Assembly (NCBI RefSeq): GCF_021028975.2 | Contig: NW_025950341.1 | Span: 806,001-870,000 of the forward strand | Source of the DNA: Sphaerodactylus townsendi | Lineage: Eukaryota | Length of the DNA: 64,000 nucleotides | Reading direction: 5' to 3' | Notes under the pieces: generated by a model | What the model saw: the letters and a program-made list of their open reading frames with translations, nothing else | What the model was told of the DNA's origin: nothing | Database searches by the model: none | Part shown: piece by piece, positions 38,413 through 50,430 of the stretch | How the letters are laid out: each line of letters begins with the position of its first letter | Numbering within the stretch: position 1 is the first letter of the stretch | Program-made: the position numbers and the translations under genes

Positions 38413-38702
38413 TGGAGGAGGAGTTTGGATGTATACCCTACTTTTCTCAGTTGTGAGGAGTCTCAAAGCAGCTTACAAACTCCTTCCCTTTCCTTCTCCA
38501 CAACAGACACCTTGTGATGTAGGTGAGGCTGAAAGAGAGAACTGTGGCTAGCCCAAGGTCACCCAGCTGGAATATGGGAGTGGGGAAACAAATCCAGTTC
38601 ACCAGATAAGACTCTGCTGCTCAAGTGGAGGAGTGGGGAATCAAACCCAGTTCTTCAGATTAGAATCCACCACTCTTAACCACTCTTAACCACTAAGCCA
38701 CA
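38413..38702 (-). mobile_element. Squam3-like SINE
   Basis: Reverse-complement CORE CCCAAGGTCACCCAGC and head CTCTTAACCAC. Confidence 0.82.
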
Positions 38703-39717
38703 ACTGGATCACAAACTGCTGCCTGACAGTGCATAATGGCTCCTATTTCTTTGTTCTGCATAAAGAGCCAATTCCAGTGAATTGCTGGTAAATGTTTTAC
38801 TGTTTTCAAGAGAAGTTGAATCTCACAGGTCAGTTTATTTGATCTGGTTTAGTTTAGTTGTTAGCTGCTATTACACCAAAATGGTTCTCAAAGTAGTGCA
38901 CAAATACTCCATCAACATTACATATAAAACTCATGAACCCAAAAACTGGAGAGAACAATTCAGCACCTCTATGTCTAAAGCTGGAAAGTTATACAAAACC
39001 ATGAAAAGACAACAGGCTCGTCTACATTAATCCAAACTAAAGGAGCTCCTGAACAAAAAGTGTTTTTATCCAGTCGGGAAGGTCTGAATAAGTGTCCTTT
39101 CCCAATTTCATTGCAATTGAAACAAGGCTTCTGGTTATATTGTCCATCAGAGGGCATTCACAAACAGAAGAAACTGTATTAAACAAAACCCCATTCAAGT
39201 CTTTTTTTTAAAAAAAATAATAACTAGAGAGAATCTCTTTTTTTTTCAAGTATCCATGAGTGCCAAGAGCTGCACAGCCAAGTATCTTTACACTATTGCA
39301 GATGTCTGTTCTATCACATTTATCCTGCAAAGATATGCCAGGACAGTTGCGCCATCTGCCACAGAAGTGTCAGACATGCTTGAGTGTCTGATATGCACAG
39401 CCGTACAAGGGCTACCAGTGAGCCATTGGCAAAGCATGCCAAATATTCAAATTGAGACAAGTTATGAAAGTAATTTGAGTAGAAAAGACCTGTGGTATTG
39501 CTGGAAGCCATTCTCTTTCCTTGCCATGCTTCTTTTTTTGAAGCAGCACTGTTTTCTTCTTTTCTTAGTATTTGACCAATATCTCCATTCCGATACATTG
39601 TCTACTGTAGATTTTACAGGCCTACCAGGGCTTCAGAACTTATGATTCACCAAGCTGGCAACTCATCTGCCATACAGAGCAGTCCACTGGGTCTCAATAA
39701 AATCATTTTTTCCTTTA

Positions 39718-39915
39718 GGGGAGGGGCTGTGTCTCAGCAGCGGAGCATTTGCTTTGCATCCAGAAGATTCAAGTTCAATAATTTTCAGTTAAAAGGAATA
39801 GGTAGGATGTGATATGAAAAAAACCAAGACTCTGGAGAGCCACTGCCAGTCTGAGTAGACAATACTGACCTTGATAGACCAATGGACTGACTCAGCAAGA
39901 GATAGTTCATGTATT
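39718..39915 (+). mobile_element. tRNA-headed SINE with CR1-like tail (Squam2-like)
   Basis: GGGGCTGTGTCTCAG...GAGCAT...GTTCAAT head; CTGGAGAGCCACTGCCAGTCTGAGTAGACAATACTG body; inverted sister at 52036-52171. Confidence 0.65.
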
Positions 39916-40323
39916 CATACTTGCATGTGGATAGCACATAGAGATCGTGAAGACATGCTCTGTAACAAAGTAGACATCCCTAGTACTAAGATACGTAGAT
40001 CCATGGAGTACATGTGTGTGGTATGAGGTGAATGAGGGAGGGTACACTATGCTGAAGAAGAAATGTGCCTCTTCAACAGGGCTGATGAGTTCTGAAGATT
40101 TTATCCACAACTACACTTTTTTCTGGTTATTGTTATTGGCATCACTGCCTTCAAAACTGTAAATATTCAATGAATCCCTAAGCAATTGAAAACCATTTGG
40201 CAGGAGTTGGTAAAAAGCAGATGGGAATTAATGAGTGGCACATGAATCCTCAGACATGTTATGGAAATGCATTCAGGACTGTGGATCTCCCATGGGTTTA
40301 TGAAACTGCAACAAGGAACCCTT

Positions 40324-40860
40324 ACAGAATCATAGAATTGAAAGGGGCAACCCCCTGCTTAATGCATCTTAGACAAGCGTTTGTCCAGTTACTGCTTAAA
40401 GACTGACAGCAAGGGGAAGCTGACCACCACCCTAGATAGCTGATTCCACTGTTGCACAACTCTTTAAAATAAAGTTTCCTAATATCCAAATTTCCTAATA
40501 AAGTTTCCCAATATCCAATTTACATGCATTATTGTGAATCCTATTTTCTGCTGCCAACAGGAACAGCTTCCTGCCCTCCCCAAAGTACAGCCCTTCAGAT
40601 ATTTAGACAGCAATCATGTCCCCCCTCAATCTTCTCCAGACTAAATATTCCCAAGTGCCTCAGTCTTTCCTCATAGGACTTGGTGTTCAGGCCCCTGATC
40701 ATCCTCATCACTCTCCTCTGCACCCACTCCATTCAGTTAACATCCTTTTTGAAGTGAAGCCTCCAGAACTGTACACAATACTCCAGGTGAGGCCTGGCAA
40801 ATGCAGTGTACAACGGGACCATGACAGCTTGTGATTTGGATATTATGCTTCTGTTGCTAC
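40324..40860 (-). mobile_element. CR1 LINE 3' fragment (older)
   Basis: AGAATCATAGAAT tail; CCAGAACTGTACACAATACTCCAG is the reverse complement of LEYCVQFW. Confidence 0.85.
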
Positions 40861-40871
40861 ATCATACTGGC

Positions 40872-41177
40872 TGTTCATATTTAACTTTTGGGGAGGCTGG
40901 CCGCTGATTTCCTGCCCTGCTTATCAGTTTCTCTGGCCTTGGAGTGCTGCGGCTTAGACAAGCTCTCAGACTGGACTCTTTCTACTGTCTAGGTTCACAT
41001 GGGAAGTGGGGAATTGCTACAACATATTATCAACAGTTTTGGTGCCTTCTCGACAGAACTGTCTTTCGCTGTTACTCTCATGTCTTCAATGTTACTCTCA
41101 TGTCTTCAATAAAATCCTTGAACCCATCAAGCAAATTATTGTCTGAACGGGGAGTTTGAGACTCCCCCAGATCATCA
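40872..41177 (+). mobile_element. Possible LTR 3' fragment
   Basis: TG...CA ends, AATAAA at 41108, 20-bp tandem duplication GTTACTCTCATGTCTTCAAT. Confidence 0.35.
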
Positions 41178-41179
41178 AA

Positions 41180-41357
41180 AAAGCTCAGAAGAGCTGTGAC
41201 TCGCTCAAGGTCACCCAGCTGGCATGTGTTGGAGTGCACAGGTTAATTTGAATTCCCCAGATAAGCCTCCACAGTTCAATTGTCAGAGTGGAGAATCAAA
41301 CCCGGTTCCTCCAGATTAGACTACACCCGCTCTTAACCACTACGCCACTGCTGCTCC
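41180..41357 (-). mobile_element. Squam3-like SINE 5' half
   Basis: CTCTTAACCACTACGCCACTGCTGCT head on the minus strand; CAAGGTCACCCAGC core. Confidence 0.82.
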
Positions 41358-42668
41358 TTTTTAGCTTTTTTTTCCGGTTTCCTGAAGAATCTGTGTAACA
41401 AGGAGACTGTCTTTTGTTTTACATGCAAAGTCATTTTTGGAATGTTCCTTTTTCTACATTGGATTTTGAAGCTACTCTGGCCCTTAAAGAGTATAATGAT
41501 GCATCCAGTATAAGAAAAAGACTGGGAAAGGAGGCAGATTGTACAAAGTGATGAGGGAAAGAACTGTCCCTACAGATGCAGAGGAAACCTGGCAGCCCTG
41601 ATGGTGTGTGTATTTTTAAGAGTGCACACAGGTTAATTTTCTCGCTATATGGCCTCGTAAAAATTTATACCATCAGTTGTTTAAGTAGGGCATCATCTTA
41701 TTTACAACCCAAATAACACTCCAATGCCATTTGCATGTTATCTTTCATCATCAAGAGAGTCAATCTATAATATTTAGGCAGATTAAAATCAGAACTGGGC
41801 AGGGAGATGTGGGGGGGAGGGGTCTTGTTTTCGAACACCAGACTAATGAACTGTTTGAGTCAGATACGCTGCAAAAGCAATTATGCACCATGATAAATGG
41901 CTTCTTCAGTTTGGTTCCAGGTGCTGCACCTGATGTGTAATGGGAAAACACAGAGAATAAATGAACAGTTTCCCTTGTACATAGGTTATGTGTGAACAAA
42001 ATGATCAGAGCCATCTCATTCCATTCCCCCAATCATTTTGCATCGACAATTAATGGGTTTGAGATGCAGCAATTTCTGTACTGCAGGGGGGAGGGGATGT
42101 GTGGCTGTGTGTGTGGAGTGTGGCTTTAATGAAAACAAAAGGAGCACCATTTCTAAAAGGCTTTACTGTTATGGTGCGCATGAAATATCGCCAACCTTCA
42201 GGCTCATAAAAGCTTGGGCTTCCACACATCAAATCCAGTGGTAAACACTGGCAGTAAAATTACAGAATAATAACTCTTGGCACTGCACCTGTGATTATTT
42301 TGTGCAGTAACATGCCTGCCTTTTCTATTGACTTCATTCTGTCAGGCTGAGATTGACTGCTTAGAAATTGCTTGAAGACCATACACTCATGGAGATCTAA
42401 CATGGAAGTGTGTGCAATGTATGTACCAAAGCAGATGCAACCAGTTGGCAGAGTGAAAAGGCCACTTCGGGCAGCATGTTTGGAGGGCTATTGAAAAGGT
42501 CCACAGTTATATTCTTAATTTTTCAGTACACTTTTATATGTTTAACTTTATGAGGCATTTTTATTCTGTCCTTCCTCCAAGAAGCTCAGAACACAGTACA
42601 TGGTTCTTCCTCACTGACTCTATCCTCAAAATCCTTCTTGAGAAGAGAAAGTCTGAGTAGCCCTAGGC

Positions 42669-42824
42669 CAGGGGTAGGGAACCTGCGGCTCTCCAGATGT
42701 TCAGGAACTACAATTCCCATCAGCCTCTGTCAGCATGGCCAATTGGCCAATTGGCCATGCTGACAGAGGCTGATGGGAATTGTAGTTCCTGAACATCTGG
42801 AGAGCCGCAGGTTCCCTACCCCTG
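42669..42824. mobile_element. Perfectly palindromic hAT MITE
   Basis: 156-bp perfect palindrome; 8-bp TSD CCCTAGGC. Confidence 0.95.
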
Positions 42825-42843
42825 CCCTAGGCCATCCAGTAGC

Positions 42844-43519
42844 CAGAGGCAGAGCTACAAGGGGGCGGGGGCGCGCGCGTTGCACTGGGCATGCACCAGG
42901 GGGCAGCAAAATGTTCAGGTTTGTTTTTTGTATTTTTTAGTGTTTTTCAGTTTTTAGCCTGCAGGGGGTGCAGTTTTTAAGCTAGCAGCACCAAAATTTC
43001 AGAGAATTTTTGGGGGACTCTCCTGATGATACCACCCAAGCTGGGTGAGGTTTGATTCAGGTAGTCCAAAGTTATGGACTCCCAAAGGGGTGCCTCATCC
43101 CCCATTGTTTCCAATGGGAGCTAATAGGAGATGGGGGCTACACCTTTGAGAGTCCATAACTTTGGACCCCCTGAACCAAAGTTCACAAAACCTAGATGGT
43201 ATCATCAGGAGAGTCTCCTAAATATACCATGAAAGTTTGGTGCTGCTAGCCTAAAAACTGCGCCCCCTGCAGGTCGAAAACTTAAAAAACACTAAAAAAT
43301 ACAAACACAAAGTATTGTCGAAGGCTTTCATGGCTGGAATCACTGGAGTGCTGTGCGGTTTCCAGGCTGTATGGCTGTGTTCTAGCAGCATTCTCTCCTG
43401 ATGTTTCACCTGCATCTGTGGCTGGCATCTTCAGAGGATCTGAACACAAACAAACATGTGGGGGGGGAGAGCAAATATCAGATTTTCACTGGGCTCCATT
43501 TTCCCTAGCTACGCCTCTG
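42844..43519. mobile_element. hAT MITE with long internal palindromic module
   Basis: TIR CAGAGGCAGAGCTA / TAGCTACGCCTCTG; TSD CCAGTAGC/CCAATAGC; inverted arms ~42920-43085 and ~43145-43310. Confidence 0.88.
43312..43442 (-). mobile_element. Penelope pLTR fragment with hammerhead motif, nested in the MITE
   Basis: Near-identical to the reverse complement of 16628-16726; core CTGAAGA...GAAACATC retained; AACACAAA on both flanks. Confidence 0.85.
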
Positions 43520-43558
43520 CCAATAGCCCAAAGCCATCATGGCTCAAGGAAGATTTAA

Positions 43559-44029
43559 NNNNNNNNNNNNNNNNNNNNNNNNNNNNNNNNNNNNNNNNNN
43601 NNNNNNNNNNNNNNNNNNNNNNNNNNNNNNNNNNNNNNNNNNNNNNNNNNNNNNNNNNNNNNNNNNNNNNNNNNNNNNNNNNNNNNNNNNNNNNNNNNNN
43701 NNNNNNNNNNNNNNNNNNNNNNNNNNNNNNNNNNNNNNNNNNNNNNNNNNNNNNNNNNNNNNNNNNNNNNNNNNNNNNNNNNNNNNNNNNNNNNNNNNNN
43801 NNNNNNNNNNNNNNNNNNNNNNNNNNNNNNNNNNNNNNNNNNNNNNNNNNNNNNNNNNNNNNNNNNNNNNNNNNNNNNNNNNNNNNNNNNNNNNNNNNNN
43901 NNNNNNNNNNNNNNNNNNNNNNNNNNNNNNNNNNNNNNNNNNNNNNNNNNNNNNNNNNNNNNNNNNNNNNNNNNNNNNNNNNNNNNNNNNNNNNNNNNNN
44001 NNNNNNNNNNNNNNNNNNNNNNNNNNNNN
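43559..44029. other. Assembly gap
   Basis: Run of N. Confidence 1.
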
Positions 44030-44030
44030 G

Positions 44031-44281
44031 CTTTTCTCAACTATAAGGAGGTTCAAAGCAGGTTATAAACCCTGTCCCTTCCTCTCCCCACAACAGACAC
44101 CTTGTGTGGTTTGTGGGAATGAGTTTTGAGAGAACTGTGCCTAGCCCAAGGTCACCCAGCAGGCTTCATGTTCAGGAGTGGGAAAACAAACCTGGTCCAC
44201 CAGATAAGACACTGCTGCTCTTATATAGGAGTGGGGAATCAAACCCGGTTCTCCACCTGCTCTTAACCACTACGCCATGCG
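44031..44281 (-). mobile_element. Squam3-like SINE
   Basis: CTAGCCCAAGGTCACCCAGC and CTCTTAACCACTACGCCA. Confidence 0.82.
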
Positions 44282-45661
44282 GTCTCTAAAAGGGAAAGAG
44301 GAGCAATGACCAAAGCTGGTGACACTACAACTGTATCCAGAGATACTACATTCTAAATCCAATAAACACAATGGGCATAAATGGGAGTAATGCTGCATGA
44401 AATTGCACTGCAAAAATATCCCGTGGCCTGCAGCAGAAAAATATTGCTGTTCAGACCACTGAGCACGTTTTTGTAGCAGAAGAGAGTATCACTTGAGCTG
44501 ATTGGGCTAATTGCTATTAAGAGCCTTCCTTACTAGTCAGTCTCCCACCCTGTTCCCAAGTTTCTCTTTGGCCAGAACTGGAGGAGACATGCATGCTGGA
44601 TCATCGTCTGCCAAGCCCAGATCCAGAAGTTGCAGGAAAGAGTTTGTATATACCCTCTGTAATAACAACATCCCTTCTCTTAATTGATGTTATTTCTCTG
44701 GGCTGTCTCATTCCAAGATGGAGTGACTTTAATGTGTGTATTGGCCAATACTGAAAGAGTTGCTCCTTAGTTGTGAAATCTATGCAAGAATGAAGGGTCA
44801 GGGTTCACTATCAGCATCAGTCACAATGATATTTGTTAGGTGAGTAACAACTGGTGGCTTGGAAGATTGCAGCAAGAAGCTATCTGTTTGGCCATCAAAA
44901 TGTGCAGAGAAGGGGACTCCAACCTGCCCTTCATGCCCAAGGAGTTTTAGTAAATTCCACAACATCTGCTTTGTCTGTCTTGTGCTTGTCCAGCCATGCA
45001 GTATTTCAGGATCCTCTCAAGCATATAATAAATAGAGTTCCAGTGAGCTGAATCCTTCTGCTACAGCTGATATGGGAAGTGGCTCACTTCTTTGTCCTCT
45101 GCTTATTTGGAATACCCTTGATTCTTTGATGAAACAGCTATTTTAGGAAGGCACCAATAACACTAAACCAATGAATGAGAAAAGATGAGCAAATACCTTC
45201 ACTTCTTCAACAACAACAAAATAGATATGGGCTTCTCAGCTAGTCTAATTCAGCAAGAAAAAAAATCTTCCTTCCTGTTCTTGAACTTAGGAAACTGAAT
45301 GAGAAATGATATTTGCAAAAAGGTGTTGGTTTGAGAACTGAGTTATGTACAAAGAAAGGAAAATAAGTCCCCCAATTAAGCACAGCTGCCATGAAGATAA
45401 AATTCAACTAGTAGCAAAACAGAATCCAATGAATGGATATTTGTTTGATAGTCCAGATAACAGCCAATCAATCTTTATTATGGTCATAGGCTAGCATAAG
45501 ATATGTTCCAGATATATCCATTACAATGCACAACTCACTACATCAAGGCTGAATCTGAGCAACATATCATTGCCATTTAACACCTTATTTTCAGTATACC
45601 ACACCAGAGATTTCATGTTCTTCACTTTTTAAATTACTTCCTACATTTAAGGCCACATCAG

Positions 45662-45885
45662 CAGGGTTGCCAGGTCCCCTTGGCCATCAAGGAAAGGGTT
45701 GCTAGATCCAGGCTGGGAAACTCCTGGAGATTTGGGGATAGAGCTTGGGGAGGACAGGGACTTCAGTGGAGCACAATATCATAGAGTTCACCCCCCATAG
45801 CAAGCCATTTTCTCCAGGAGAACAGATATCTGTAGTCTGGAGATGAGCTGTAATTCCAGAGGGAGCCCCCAGGAACCAGCTGGAG
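45662..45885. mobile_element. Short hAT-like MITE (AGGGTTGCCA-type termini)
   Basis: CAGGGTTGCCAG start; body homologous to the 5903 and 24176 copies. Confidence 0.6.
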
Positions 45886-46082
45886 GCTGACTTAGTCCTG
45901 TGGAACCTTGGCAGTTGCCCATGCCACTTGTTCCCATTCTTGACTTTGTAGGTTATCACACATTGATGTCTGTATGAGGAGGAACAACTTATTCTTTACA
46001 CCTTAATAGATGCACAAATTTTGTTTCCTCCACAAATTCTCTTGGGTCATCACTGGGGAGGGAAGGAGGCGGCTCAGATGGG

Positions 46083-46319
46083 CACCACGTACTGCCCACG
46101 GGGACAGGGGGTCAAATGACCCCTGGTCGGCACAGGGGAGAAGGGGTGTGTGGGCGATTTTTGAGGAATTCCTGGCTTGATACACACCTTAAGGCCGCCC
46201 CTTCATTAACTGACAGTGGGAAAGTTCATTCTGTTTTACTAGATTGACAGCTCATTGATGCTCCCAGGGTCACTTGACCTGCACCCCCCCCCCCCCGTCC
46301 CTGTGGGGGTCCCTGACTG
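46083..46319. mobile_element. Degenerate TIR element enclosing a locally copied segment
   Basis: CCCACGGGGAC..GGTCAAATGACCC vs GGGTCACTTGACC..GTCCCTGTGGG inverted ends; no TSD found. Confidence 0.45.
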
Positions 46320-47999
46320 CTCCATAATTCATGCTGTGCCGTTTTAGAACTCTATTTTCCTTAAAACCTATTCCCTAAGGAACAAGTCAAAACTCATCTT
46401 GTTTCCCTTCCTTTTTTTTAAAAAAGGTAGTTCTTCGAAAATCAACTTAATGAAGACAGAAACGATGGTCTTTTCAAAATCTCAGAAGTGTTACACCTGG
46501 AAAATTAAAGGAAACCCAATTGAACAAGTGGAACAGTTTCTTTGACGCATGCTCAATTGTGTTGCCTACCATTTGTTGTGTCTGGAAACGGGCTCTAGTC
46601 TTTTGGAGACAAAGATATGGCAATCCACTTTCAAATACTGGTTGTGTCTCCATTTCAAAGCCAAGCTCAGTAATTTGAGCTGGCAAATGCTTTCCAATAC
46701 CTTTCGCTCATGATGGGACAGGCAAATCAAAGAAAAGATCCACTATTGGTATTTCCTTGGATTCTCTCCAAAATTTTGATGTATATCATGCTTTTTTAGC
46801 TCTTAAGCAGAGACTGCAAGACATTGAGAAACAGATCTTATTATTCTCGACTTTTATAACCTGATCGCCCTTAGGCTATGGGGTTACCCCTACATATGGG
46901 TGCCTCCCAGCATATTTTTACTTACTTACTCCACCCCAATTATGAAGGAAGTTTATGCAAGTGTTGTTTAACATCCTCGCAACATCAATTTTCAATGGCC
47001 ACTTTATATCTGCACCATCCCATGAAAGATTATGCCCATGTTCTTAGAGGCAAACTGAAACTACCAGTCACATTCTGTTACATTGTGAACTATATGCCCT
47101 TTTGAGGAATTCCTGACTTGATACACACCTGAAGGACATCCCTTCATTAAATGACAGTGGGAAAGTTCATTCTGTTTTACTAGATTGCCAGCCCCAGAGA
47201 ACAGTGGATGTAGCAAAAATTTTTACTGCAAGCCATGCCACTCCATTCTCTTATGAACCCAACTTTGTAAAATTTTCTTTCCTTTTAACTATGCCTGGTT
47301 GTTGATTAATTGTCATGTCTCAGAAGCTATGTAAAGTTGGTATTTGGACAGATGATCACGAAGAAAGACCATGCAGAGAAATACAAAGAAAAACCACCTC
47401 TGCTTCACACTTAAAAACTCTATGCTGGTGTCTCCATAAGGCACTTGTGGCTTAACAGCACATAGATATGCATATAAAGTCAGAGATGTGAAGGAGAATA
47501 AATTTCAGGTATCAATTTAAAAAAAAAGAACCAAAAAGCAAAAACAAAAAGGACTTCTCTCCTAAGGAAGTCTCCTAAGAGAAAATAGGGAGCTACTCAC
47601 AGGATATGTGGAGAATGAATTACAGTTACATTTGCTGACAAAATAATTGATTTGATTAATGAGAAAAAAACCAGCCCAAATTCACAATGCTTCAAAAATA
47701 GGGAAAAAAGAGAAACTCTCTTAAGAGGCATTTGGAAAAAAACTACAGTGACAAATACGTCAGCATGAAAAAGTGGTTTCTATGATCAGTTGTCAAAATG
47801 AATCTCAGTTCCAAGGTTACTCAGTACCTCCATCAATGGCTAAGATCAAGGAGTGGATAATACTATGTGGATGACACTGTCAGGAATACTTTCAAGAGCC
47901 TCATTCTAATCTGAAGAACCAGGTTTTATTCCCTGCTCTGCCACTTGAACTGTGGAGGTTTATCTGGTCAATTAGATTAGCCTGTGCACTCCATCACAT

Positions 48000-48097
48000 G
48001 TTGCTGCTGCTGCTTCTGCTTCTGCTTCTTCTTCATCATCATCATCATCATGATCATCATCATCACCATCACCACCACCACCACCACCATCATCATT
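48000..48097. repeat. Compound (CTG/CTT)-(CAT/CAC)n microsatellite after a SINE fragment (47893-48000)
   Basis: Direct reading of the sequence. Confidence 0.9.
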
Positions 48098-48667
48098 CAA
48101 ATTTGTCCCCCAGAACTTTGGAGCAGCAAATCATATGTAATAGGAGTCCTTCATTAATTCATTTTCTGTTTCCAAATTTTGCTCACAGCAATGTGCATGC
48201 TTATGTTTGCTGCCAGTTTCAACCTGGATAGGTCAATGCCTGGGGCTGCACTAAAATATTAAGAGACGCATGTAAACAGAGCCACAAACTGGATCAGAAT
48301 CCTAAGAATAGGCAAGTTGTAGTGGTTAATTTGTTGAACTAGGGTCTGGGAGACCCAGATTCCAGGTACATAACCAGGGTGATGCAAGTCAAGGCATGAC
48401 TAGGGGTGCTGGGCTCTGCCTCCCTCCCCCTGGGTGTCAGACCAGCATGACAACATGGTGAAAGCATGTGGGCTGGTAAGACAGAGACATCCACCAGCCC
48501 AAGGAGCAACTCCTGCCAAGCTGGGGTGGGGTGATGACTCCCGTGGCCCACCACCCTTGGGGCTCTTGTTTCCTTTTAATTATTTGCTCCTTTTTTCCCA
48601 TTTGCTTTCAATTCTGCCATGGAAGTTTGCAAAACAGTAAGATTTCCTGAGTTGGGACTGCCTCATC

Positions 48668-48912
48668 AGAGAACCAGCATAGTGTAATGGTAAAGAACAG
48701 GTGGATTCTAATCTGGAGAACTGAGTTTGATTCCCCACTCCTCCAACTGAGTGGCAGAGGCTTATCTGATGAACCAGATGTGTTTCCACACTCCTACATT
48801 CCTGTTGGGTGGCCTAGGGCTAGTCACAGTTCTTCAAAACTCTCTCAGCCCCACCTACCTCACAAGGTGTCTGCTGTGGGGAGAGGAAGGGAAAGGAGCT
48901 TGTAAGCCACCT
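48668..48912 (+). mobile_element. Squam3-like SINE, tail displaced to ~49585-49640 by an insertion
   Basis: Body matches other copies and stops at TGTAAGCCACCTT; tail CTTTGAGTTTCCTTACAAG...TATAAATCCAAACTCTTC resumes ~49588. Confidence 0.75.
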
Positions 48913-49105
48913 TGGGCGATTTCCCACTGGCAATTAATTGTGGGATAGTCACCCAAAATATCCAGGTTTCCTTGCGATCTCCCCACTGCCAAACTGCAGA
49001 ACACAGATCAATCCTAGGTCTGTCACTCCCCCTCCCCCTTATCAAGGGATTTTCCTGGACCTGCTTGTATATGCCTCTTTTTGGAAAAAAACAACAACAC
49101 TCCAA

Positions 49106-49475
49106 GGGGAGCTAATAGGAGATGGGGCTACACATTTGAGGGTCCATAACTTTGGCCCCCATGAACCAAACTTCACCAAACATGGGTGGTATCAACAGCA
49201 GATTCTCCTACTGATACCACACAGGTTTTGTGAAGTTGTGTCCAGGGGGTCCAAATCTATGGACTCCCAAAGGGGGTGCCCCTATCCCCCATTGTTTCCA
49301 ATGGGAGCTAATAGGAGATGGGGGCTACACATTTGAGGATCCATAACTTTGGCCCCCATGAACCAAAGTTCACCAAACCTGAGTGATATCATCAGGAGGG
49401 TCTCCTAAAGACACTCTAAAATGTTGGGGCTGCTAGCTTAACAATTGCACTCTAACAGCAGGCACACCCCCCCCA
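49106..49475. mobile_element. Fragment of the shared palindromic MITE module (iterated)
   Basis: GGGAGCTAATAGGAGATGGGGCTACAC...CCATAACTTTGG occurs twice; homologous to 43030-43260 and 57930-58200. Confidence 0.8.
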
Positions 49476-50284
49476 AGGGGCAGGCCTAGATGTCTTCACT
49501 AGAAACATGCTGCAGTGAGGATGTTGGAACCCAGATTCTTAAGAAACTTGGTTGTATCTAGATCAAATTTTCAGTGGGAATTCGGCCTTTGAGTTTCCTT
49601 ACAAGAAAAAGGTGGGGTATAAATCCAAACTCTTCTTCTTCATCATCATCATAATCAGATGCATAAGCATGTATATCCATTGGACTGGTTAGATATGCCA
49701 GAGAAATGCAGTTCCACCTATAAATTGATATGGGGTGGGGGAGGGGATCAAGTTCAGTGCTTGCCCTGGGTGTCATTTTCTGTAGATATGCCATGAAGTT
49801 TGCTGGATGACCTTGGGCAAACCTACATTCTCAGCCTAACTTAATTCACAAGAGATGAGGATGAGAATAAAATAGAGGCACCACAGAACATTTTATGCAA
49901 CCCTAAGCTCTTTAGAAGAAACATAATTTTTTTAAAAAATGCACTGAAAAGATAAGTAAACAAGGAACATGATGTCAAGCTACTTCTTTTCCCTGGCATA
50001 AAATTCACAGATCTTTCCTGGTTACTGGCTCTTAGTGTATCCCACACTCAGGACTACAGCTAAAAGTGCTTCCGTAATAGGACTAGTTGCTCAGTCCACC
50101 AGAGATCTTTCCTCTGAACTTAGTACTGAAGCAATGCTGACCTTGCTTAACTTGTAAGATCTAGATCACAACGGATGGAAGTATAGCTGCAGGGCTCTTT
50201 TGAAAGGACTGGAAAGCAAAGAAAGATGGGGGGAGATGGCAAATCTATATGGGATTTCATACATCTTTACAGAAAGTCTATAAC

Positions 50285-50430
50285 GGGGTGGAACCTCTGG
50301 CTCTTAGTGTTCAGGAACTTCTGATTCCATCGGCCTCTGTCAGCATGGCCAGATTGGCCCGTGCTGGTAGAAACTGATAGGAAATGCTGGATTCAGGCTA
50401 TCTGGAGAAACACTGATAACTTTCTCCCCA
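50285..50430. mobile_element. Degenerate copy of the palindromic hAT MITE
   Basis: GCCTCTGTCAGCATGGCCAGATTGGCC matches the centre of 42669-42824. Confidence 0.6.

Noticed and set aside
43456-44129. Long ORFs of X residues (also 7419-7728 and 16927-17142)
   Set aside because: Artefacts of N gaps.
47998-48231. Poly-Leu/poly-His ORF resembling a signal peptide plus His tract
   Set aside because: Microsatellite translation directly after a SINE fragment.
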